From Octopus vulgaris (lineage: Eukaryota): DNA of 64,000 bases. Positions 55,089-64,000 of this stretch are shown piece by piece; position 1 is the stretch's first letter; every line of letters begins with the position of its first letter. The notes under the pieces were generated by a model. That model saw only the letters and a list, made by a program, of their open reading frames with translations. It had not been told where the DNA came from and did no database searches. The stretch is taken from contig OX597818.1 of assembly GCA_951406725.2 (NCBI GenBank), positions 68,572,001 to 68,636,000 of the forward strand. The letters run 5' to 3'. A program made the position numbers and the translations under genes.

Positions 55089-55120
<32 letters not shown>

Positions 55121-55267
55121 AATGATGATGATGATGACGACGACAACGATGATGATGATGATTTTAGTCTGATGGTAAGGTGAAAAGCCGTTACTATGAA
55201 TCTTGCATAACAAGATTGACGTCTATTTTGAATACATGCGTGATTTGTTAATATTAGTGAGTGTTTT

Positions 55268-55710
55268 AAGGCAGCGGGTTGGCGAAATCGTTAGCACGAC
55301 AGGCAAAATGCTTAGCAGCATATCGTCTGTCTTTACATTCTGAGTTCAAATTTAGCCGAGGTTGACTTTCCTTTTCAAACTTTCGAGATCGTTAAATAAC
55401 CACTTGAACATGGAGGTCAATGTAATCGACTGGTCCCCACCCCGATGTTGCAGGCCTTGTGCCAAAAGTTGAAATCAGTATTAGAGTATGTTTTAAGGCG
55501 GCTACCTGGCAAAATTGTTACCGCTTCGGGCAAAATGCTGAGTGGTATTTCATCTTTCTTCACATTTTGAATTCGAGTTCTGCCAAGGTCGACTTTACCC
55601 AGCCAAGGTCATCCATCGAAGGTCGGTTAAATAAAGAGCAGTTGAGCACTGGGATCGACTTGCTCCCTCTCAGAAGTTGCAGGCCTTGTGCCAAAATTTG
55701 AAACCGATAT
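55268..55710 (+). mobile_element. Two tandem SINE family B copies (diverged)
   Basis: Heads at 55268 and 55495; tails GCAGGCCTTGTGCCAAAA. Confidence 0.8.
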
Positions 55711-55819
55711 TTGTGCATGCTTTATGTATGTTTTCACCTGATTAAAGATGCTTAGATCCGCGAGCAGTTAAACCTGCCAGATGGTTGACGCTTACAATCG
55801 TGAAGAAATATATGGAAAG

Positions 55820-56842
55820 AATACGATACCATCTTATTAAATTCTGTATATTACATGGCAACATCTAAAACAACATAATCTGAATTTCCTAGAAGCTATT
55901 GTTGATTTCTTATGTCTTCTTTGCTTAATTTCCTTTTTTGGTCTGAAAAGAAGATTTTAAGATTATTCTTAATATTTATTTGCGAACCTTTTCCAAAATA
56001 TATTATAGTTCAATGATATCCACTCTGTCATCTATGTTAAAACTTGGGCTTGTATTTCTAGCCTTCTCGGTTAAAGAATATGAGATGTTAAGATTGTTTT
56101 ATTTTGTTGTAGTCATTGGTGATGCTATTTGTCGGAAGAAGAATATTTTATGCCTTCTGGCTGTGCTTACCATTCTGAAGTTGTCCTTGAAAGAAGGTTT
56201 CAGTAGATTTCTTTTAGGAGGGCAACTTCTAGGCCTAATCACAAATTGTGAATTTGATTGGAATTCGATATCCTCTTTTATCGACAACGGAGAATGCTCG
56301 TCAACAATTTTGAATTAAATTTTCTGTTCTATATATAAGATATTTATTAAAATACACATCATTAGCGATATTAGTCAAATAAAAGTGCATGTACAGAGTT
56401 TATGCTTAAGATTCAAAGATGGATTTACTCGGAATGGAATGTAAAAATAAGAGTAAGACCAATGAAAGCAAAATAATTAAAATAATAGATTGCAGGACTT
56501 ATAATATTTTAATAGCAGTATATTCTTTGATTTCACATTATTTCGACCAGTTTCGCCATTCAACGGTTTTTCGGTGAATCTTAAGTATCTTTTATTGAAT
56601 CTGGGGATAGTCTTCTCTTTTAGTTTCTTTAGTGTCTTATTATTTAACACACACACCGGTTCAATATCCACTCATTTAGTTATTTATTTTTTCTAAAATT
56701 TTCATAGCATCTTGCAACTCTTTTAGTAGTGCTTGATTATGAAAATTGAACCAGTGAGATTGAGTAGAAACCGGTGAGTGTGAGTGGAAATCGAACCAGT
56801 GAGTGTGTTAAATAATAAGGCACTAAAAGAGAATGACTCTCC
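55820..56842 (-). mobile_element. PLE 5' part: ORF N-terminus, pLTR with degenerate hammerhead, and inverted repeat
   Basis: SCPPKRNLLKP...FNIDDRVD resembles the PLE pre-RT region. Degenerate hammerhead CCGAAAA-ACCGUUGAAUGGC-GAAAC-UG-GUC at 56541-56578. Inverted repeat 56627-56674 / 56781-56827. Confidence 0.55.
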
Positions 56843-59015
56843 TTACGCAATGAAATATGCTTCAACACACAAATTCACATAAAGAATCTTGCAAACCAAG
56901 TACAAGAACGGAATTAAATGACTTTCAATTGTGGAATACACGCATGCAACTTTATTGTATATTTTGGTTGCACAATATAATATGTATGTATGTAAGATGT
57001 TTATATATGTGCATAAGCATTTGTACACTCTTATATATATTTATACAGACATACACGCACACATGTATAATTGTGGACATGGTTGTGTAGGGGAGAAAGT
57101 CACTTTGGAGATTTTGGGTTCCAAATTCTTCCCATTGCGCAGCACCGCGATAAAATGCCATAGTCTTTTCAGATATGCTAGCAAATGATATTTGGTCGAC
57201 AGAAAATAGAATATAGACTCTTGTGTGACTAAAGGTGGCCTGCACCAGCAAAAACTTTCGGCTGCTCATATAGTGTGAAATATCTTTAATTCCGTTGGGT
57301 TAAACTTTTCGATGTTTTTACAATTCCTTTTTCGGGAAGCAAGCAAGACAAATTGTTATTTATTTATTTACGAGATCTCAAACACAATAGGATGACAGTG
57401 AAATGCTAATGAGCCTATGCTGGTTAGCAGGAGAGATCAAATGAGGAAAAGAGCAGAATTTACTTAAAGGTGAAACTAGAAACAGAAATAGAATAAGAGC
57501 AAGAGGGAAAGTGTTGGAAGTATGAATACTGGTTAGTCCGGATCAGAGTAGGGTTGTTTCAAAGTAGATTAATAGAAGGGCTTCCATCTGTCAAGGTTGA
57601 TCATGTCTCTCTATATGTACGTGCAGAGCTTGATAAAAGGGTCTTTGAAGACTGAAAGTGAGAGAAAGGCCAGTGTTTTGGACTTGGTTTCTTCCCTGTT
57701 GGTTTCTTCCCTGTTGCAGCAGAAGTTGCTGTCAGGCTGCAAAGACTGGAAAGCATCTTGTTCGACCCCGAATCACTTCTGTCGGTCCCCCCTCTGCTCT
57801 GAATTGTTTCATTATTGAATCTAAAACGATGAAAAGTAAAGTTGGCCTCAGCAAGAATCGAACTCATTGCACAGAGAATCGTAGCTAACACTACCAAACA
57901 TTCCATTCAGTGTGCTGCCAATCTGCTGCCTTATCGCAATAATATATATATATATACATATTTGTATAAGTATTCGTTCTATTTTATCTTTTGTACATGA
58001 AAGTTGGCAGCTGTATATATATGCATGTATGTATATTCATGTATACACGAGAGAGTGTAGATAATAATATTAACAGGTACAAACCAATCTGCTGAGTGGT
58101 TTAGCTGTTTATATATTTCTTTCACTTATGTTCCTCAGAGTTTGTTTTCCGTAGGCGTTATCAGAAATGGCATCGTCTATCTAGCTGCAAATCAGTACCA
58201 CGATCAGAATATTTCTTCAACTAATCCAGTAATCCAGCATAAGCTTAAAATGTGACAAATAATTTCATTAACTGAAGTGCTATTTTTAACTCCGTCATGC
58301 TAAAGATCTTGGAAAGGGATTGACTTCATCAAACTTTTTGTGCTCTAGATACACCCAAGATACAATAAATAAGGAAAGCGGTCTTCCAGTATATCCCAAA
58401 TTATGCGTGGATCACGCCATACGTCCCTCACTGAATATGTGATTTTCGGAATTAGATAACCGCAGTGGTTTTGCTAATCATTTGGTTATTTCCAAGATAA
58501 GTGAATGGAAACCCGTAATTGTATATTAGCTTGGAAACGGAAACTAGTTTGTGGTTGTGATGCTGAGAGAAGTTTCAATTCTTTTACACGAAAAATATGA
58601 AATGTTGTCAGAAGCAAAACATGGAAGAATAAGATTGACCAAATTATCGAGTTAAGCACTTGACATTTCACAGTGAACGACAAAATAAACTTTATAGGCA
58701 AAAGGTCGCCAGTTTTAAAGGAAGAGATTAGTAGGGATTAGTGGAGATTAGAGGTAGATATTAATCCAGTGTATGACTGGTGTTTATATTTTATCGGCCA
58801 TGTTAAGATAAAAAGCAAAACTTGTCGACGACACTTGAAATTGGAATATAAAGTGCCATGGTTAAATGCTATGATTAAACGGTGAATCATAAGTGCTTAT
58901 GATGATAATGATGATGATGATGTTGATAATGGTGATGGTGATGGTGGTGGTGGTGGTGATGGTGATGGTGGTGGTGGTGGTGGTGGTGGTGGTGATGATG
59001 ATGATGATGATGATG

Positions 59016-59413
59016 ATCCTTTCTGTTATAGGTACAAGGCCTGAAATTTTGGGGTGGGGGCGAGTTGAGTACATCACCCCCAGTGTTTCACTGGTACTTG
59101 TTTCATCGACCCCGAAAGAATGAAAGGCAAAGTTGACCTAAGCAGAATTTGAACTCAGAACGTAGTAGTAGACGAAATACTTATTTCTTTACTGCCCACA
59201 AGAGGCTACACACTGAGGGGACAAACAAGGACAGACAAACGGATTAAGTTGATTATATCGACCCCAGTGCGTAACTAGTACTTATTTAATCGACCCCCGA
59301 AAGGATGAAAGGCAAAGTTGACCTCGGTGGAATTTGAACTCAGAACGTAGTGGTAGACGAAATACTGCTAACCATTTCACCCAGCATGCTAACAATTCTG
59401 TCAGCTTGCCGCC

Positions 59414-59414
<1 letters not shown>
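59016..59414 (-). mobile_element. SINE family B composite (head-body-tail1-body-tail2)
   Basis: Body repeated (59060-59180 and 59250-59365) with two different tails. Confidence 0.85.
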
Positions 59415-59483
<69 letters not shown>

Positions 59484-59504
59484 CAACAACAGCAATAATA
59501 ATAA

Positions 59505-59948
59505 TGGGCCACGGCAAATATTCTGCTCAATGCCACAAATTTGCTTGTCAGTTGTTTGACCTTAACCAGTTGAGCATGTCCCTTAGTGGCTGACGATATG
59601 TGCATCTCTGATCACGAGCAGAAGTAGTGGGAGAGCATCATAGCCATGTGTTGAGAGAAATTCTTTGGAGTTTGAATAATTCACCTCTAGAGACATTGGT
59701 GTTTTGTTCAACATTCCGAAACAACAGCTTGAGCAGGTTGGGCTAATTGACTGAAGAAAATTCTAACTGGGCCCTACCTGCAAGGTCATGCACTGTTTAT
59801 CTTGATATGAGATCACCATGTCGCGCACATATGGTTGTGATGCATGTGCCTGGTGCACCTTTATCAGACGGGTAGTTATGATGGATATACTGGGCTTCGT
59901 ATATTTTATCCCAGTGTCACTTTGATGGCATGCACTACTCTCTCACTC
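59505..59948 (+). mobile_element. Interspersed non-coding insert between (AAT)n tracts, possibly a LINE 3' UTR
   Basis: Higher-GC block bounded on both sides by long (AAT)n; no ORF. Family assignment is inference. Confidence 0.4.
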
Positions 59949-60003
<55 letters not shown>

Positions 60004-60004
60004 G

Positions 60005-60325
60005 ATTAAGAAATAGCAGCCACTGCAGGATGAGATAGGAAAGTCATGGGGCATGAGGAAAGCAATGATGACACCGGGAGTAATTGGTGCATCAGGAGCA
60101 GTTTCCAAGGGCTTTGAAAAATATATCAGGCTCGAGGTGATCCAGAAGACAGCATTGTTGGGTACAGGTTGCATTCTAAGGAGAGTATTGTCTCTTTGAG
60201 TCACAGGAGAAGGCACTACTTGAAACCTTTGGTGATTTGTTATTGTCTGCTTTCAAGTAAAGAATAACCAGTAATTAAGAACTATCTGAGAGTCTTTCAG
60301 AACAACAACAACAACAATAATAATA
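60005..60325 (+). mobile_element. R4/Dong-clade LINE 3' end
   Basis: LQDEIGKSWGMRKAMMTPGVIGASGAVSKGFEKY..VIQKTALLGTGCILRRVLSL* (cf. PIVIGALG...QKxALLGTARILR), with (AAC/AAT)n tail. Confidence 0.85.
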
Positions 60326-60566
60326 AACTTTCCGTTATTACTACGATGAAAAATATGCCTCGAAGATGTTTATAAAACATTAATCATTCACTGCAGAGTT
60401 ACAAAGAAGGCAAACATGGCGTGTGGAAGATAAAGACGAAAGGGTGAAGAAGCATTAATATTTAAAAGTTCATATATCTGCATGGAAATAAATAAGAATT
60501 GCTTAAACATAATAATTAATACAAAATACATTATCAAAAGGAAGTTAAATATAAAGGTTACTAGAT

Positions 60567-60788
60567 GGGCGGCGAGCTGGCAAAAACGTTAGCACGCCGG
60601 GTGAAATGCTTAGAGGTATTTCGTCTGCCGTTACGTTCTGAGTTCAAATTCCGCTGAGGTCGACTTTGCCTTTCATCTTTTTGGGGTCGATAAATTAAGT
60701 ACCAGTTAAGCACTGGGGTCGATGTAATCGACTTAATCCGTCTGTCTGTCTTTGTTTGTTCACTCTGTGGGTAGTAAAGAAATAGGTT
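60567..60788 (+). mobile_element. SINE family B, full length
   Basis: Homologous to 39846-40083. Confidence 0.9.
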
Positions 60789-61674
60789 ACTGGATGGGTT
60801 GGGTGTGGGCACTCCACAACCCTGTTGATTAACTAATTATTGAATTGATTATAATTGCATCATTAAATCCTTTTTGAGGCATTTGTTGTCGAAAAAACTT
60901 TAACGTTTTCAGAGTAAGATCTTTCACGTTCGTTGTTTTAATAAACGCAATTGTATTCTACAGTCGTGTTTAAGTAACAGTGTCATTATGAATGAAATTA
61001 CAACTACTGATTAAAAATATTTTAGTTATAATTAACAGAAGCAAAGCAAAATTAAAATATATTCACCCAAAAAATCAAACTAGAAAACTGTACAAAACAG
61101 AGAACACAATTGAAAAAAATTAAAAAGAAAAAACGAGAAAAGAGTAAAAAGAAGCAGTTTAATTTTGACAAATAATCTTTCTGTTGCATATTGTTTAAAT
61201 TCCAAACCTAACTGCTGTTTCATCACTATTATTACTTTGGAAATTCATGGCACCACTGACGCTTAATTTAGTCTGTTGACTGTGTTTGATTTTCAAATTT
61301 CGATTCTTCTTATCTTAGTTCATCTTGGTACTCTTTATTATTTTCTTTCCTTATTTGGTTGTGGAGTATCGTTGTTGTTTCGAAGTAATTCTTCCTCTTC
61401 ACCCGTTTCTGTTATTATATGTTAAGTCTTCTTTTCTGAGTTAATGTTTTTTCTTTCCTTTCGGGTTTTACCCAAAACTCCATCAGACAGTTGTCTTTCT
61501 TCCGTGGCAATCATTTCTTCATCATTACCTGTTGATGATATTTTCCTTCTTGTTAATACTTTTAGGCAGCGAAGCGTTTCTTCATTTATCTCTAATACTT
61601 GACATAATGTCTACATCCTCAGTTCTGCCTCATGGGCAAAACTGGCGAAGGTGTTTCAGCTGATCTTCATTGTT

Positions 61675-61836
61675 TTTATTTACATTATTTACATTTGACG
61701 GATATTTGTCCTCATTTTCTTTGTTGTTAACACAACGTTTCGGCTGATATACCTTCATCAGGTATCTTGGGGAAATTTCGAACCTGGGTTCTCATTCTTA
61801 AGGTATTTTTCGATGTTATTATTATCATTATTTATT
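61675..61836 (-). mobile_element. Headless copy of the 46-kb hammerhead element
   Basis: Matches 46160-46325. Hammerhead at 61729-61766 GAUAC-CUGAUGA-A-GGU-AUAUCA-GCC-GAAACGUU-GUGUU (7-nt deletion in stem-loop II, core intact). Confidence 0.8.
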
Positions 61837-62058
61837 GCCTTTGCACACTGTAAAACGAAGTGACGATTAGTCATGGTTCTATGTCATTTCGATGTTTTTT
61901 ATCGTCACTCAAGCGTTTCTTTTGACACCTGTAAGAGCTACAGACATGAAATCAGAGACATGTCTGATAATTTCAGATAATGTTTAATTGAGTCTTCAGT
62001 TTCAAAAGTGCAGCAGGGGGCAGGTTTAATCAATTTCCATCATTTTGTAAACAGAGAT

Positions 62059-62137
<79 letters not shown>

Positions 62138-63534
62138 CTATCTCCTGCGGCAAAGAATGTTGTTCGATTTTACAAAATTCTCCCAACATTTTTTGGGGGA
62201 ACTCAAATTGGATAAAAATTTTCGTTTATTTTGTTGGTGCTAAACAAAGAACTTTGTCACAATTGCTGTCTTAATGTTAAAAGATGTTCATTCACCTTAA
62301 ATTCCAAAATTTTGACTGTATTTTATACTTGTCCCTTCATACGGACCGTAGCAAAGATCACAGTGTTTTGACATGGCGTTAGCTAAAAGTAGTCAGGAAA
62401 AATTACATTCTATGCTGCTGAAAACGTTTATCAGGCATTTGAATCTACCATTAGGTATAAAAAAAATCTTCCTCCTTAATGGGTGATTGTGGACATGGAA
62501 CTGGCCGTTGCCCACAAGAAGCTGACAAACAGGAACACATGTTGAATGCAGTCTTAGAAATCACTGTGAAGTGAATTCAGAGACCAGGGACTGATAAAAG
62601 GGAACACAATGAATTCACAATATGACAGAGTAAGTTAAACTTACAGTGAAACAACTTTAGAAATGAAACGACATATATCAGAAATCTCTGGAGAATCTTC
62701 TTTGCTGGTAAATTCTCAAGCATTTTGTGTCACTCGTTTTTTAGCAAGGAATTGCTTCTTGTAGATTATATGGTTAAGTATCCATTCTAACAATGAGAAA
62801 CCAAACACTTCTGTGTGAGTCCGATTTCTTTTTTTTTTCTTTTTTGAGTATTTTCATAGAATCTTTCAACTGTAATTTCTCCTCTTTTCACACAATATAC
62901 ATTTGCAGGATAATTGTCTAGTTTTGTCCTTGATATTGCAATAAAGTTCGTAATTTTATTAACTGCTATTTCTAGCAAAGGTCTCATTTTTTGACAAAAT
63001 ATTACAATAGTAGCAAAAATTATATTTTTATCTTTGTTATTAATTCTTCATCTGGTTGTGCTGCATCCAGAACGGAACCACACTGTTCTTCGACAATTCC
63101 CTAACAGCTCTTTTCAAGATACCACTTACAAACAAAACCAATATATTTTACCACCATCATCATCGTTGTTTTAACATCTGCTTTTCCAAGTTTATATTAG
63201 TTAAAGGAAAGTATGTCAGGGAAGAATTTTCTATGGCCAAATACTCTTCATATTGCTAACGAGCACTTGTTTCTAAGTCAGGTAATTAACTTCTCATCTA
63301 TCAAACAACAAGCATCCAGGACATTTGAAGACCTAGAAACTAATGACGCCTTTTAGATAAGATTTTGGTTACAATTTTACACAACATATCAAGTTGTCCA
63401 GACATGTTTTTGCTGTAGATTGCATGCAAATAACACCAATAGCAAAGCTATTGTTTATTATCAGTGAGGTAAAATCATGTTTAGATAGAGAAAAACAAAC
63501 TCTCATACACACAGAAACACACATATATACTTTT

Positions 63535-63705
63535 AGTTAAACATCAAGGTTCTCCAGCTTTTCTCTATCAAAACTATGTGCATGGCTTTGGTCGTTTCAA
63601 GTCTGTAGCAGACACTTAGACGAGTCAACAGGCAGTGGGGGAATAATCCATCATGTAATTGATGAGTATACTTGTTAATCACATGGCCTTACTTGTGGCT
63701 ACTCT
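63535..63705 (-). mobile_element. SINE family A head, very diverged
   Basis: GCTTTGGTCG...GTAGCAGACACTT...GGCAGTGGGG similarity. Confidence 0.45.
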
Positions 63706-64000
63706 TCCTAAAATGGAATGGCTGGGAGTGAATTTTTTGATGCTAAACTATGCAGAAGGCAAAAGACGTAGTTCAATGGATTCTGTTCTGATGAAGTGAC
63801 TGGATATGACATGGATGCTGCTTTGGAGAAAACATTTGATGAGCTTCAAAAGAAGCACTTTTCTAGTGAAACATTCAGTTTAAGCATCGCATGAAACAGT
63901 TCACCTCAGGAAAATTATATCCATTGAAGAACAATTAGCAAACAAAAATTAAATTAATGAAGAGAGGAAACAAATAAACTGACATCTCTTAATTAACATA

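Noticed and set aside
61330-61670. Minus-strand HLRQFCP zinc-knuckle-like frame (LINE ORF1?)
   Set aside because: Only half a knuckle and broken frames; insufficient support.
63712-63893. Protein-like frame (..GYDMDAALEKTFDELQKKHF..)
   Set aside because: Internal stop, no recognisable domain, no convincing splice sites.

Overview
AT-rich eukaryotic DNA, dense in microsatellites and transposons. The repeat families and (TA)n/(ATGT)n/(AAT)n density resemble a coleoid cephalopod (Octopus-like) genome; this is inference from repeat content, not a database match. No intact host protein-coding gene, rRNA, genuine tRNA or CRISPR array is supported. Most entries in the ORF track come from microsatellites or from decayed TE frames read on either strand. 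The window holds three tRNA-derived SINE families and decayed LINEs of several clades (CR1, RTE, Tx1/L1, R4/Dong, Hero). It also holds a full-length but dead mariner with TIRs, a MULE-type MITE with a 9-bp TSD, and many Penelope-like element (PLE) remnants. The main hidden signal is about 13 type I hammerhead-ribozyme motifs of PLE style with palindromic stem III, some with intact catalytic cores. The best case is a ~670-bp head-to-head palindrome at 46160-46829, each arm being a Pol III tRNA-like head + (AAT)n + hammerhead. It is a candidate Penelope-mobilised, self-cleaving SINE/retrozyme. All motifs were found by eye; coordinates of decayed elements are approximate.
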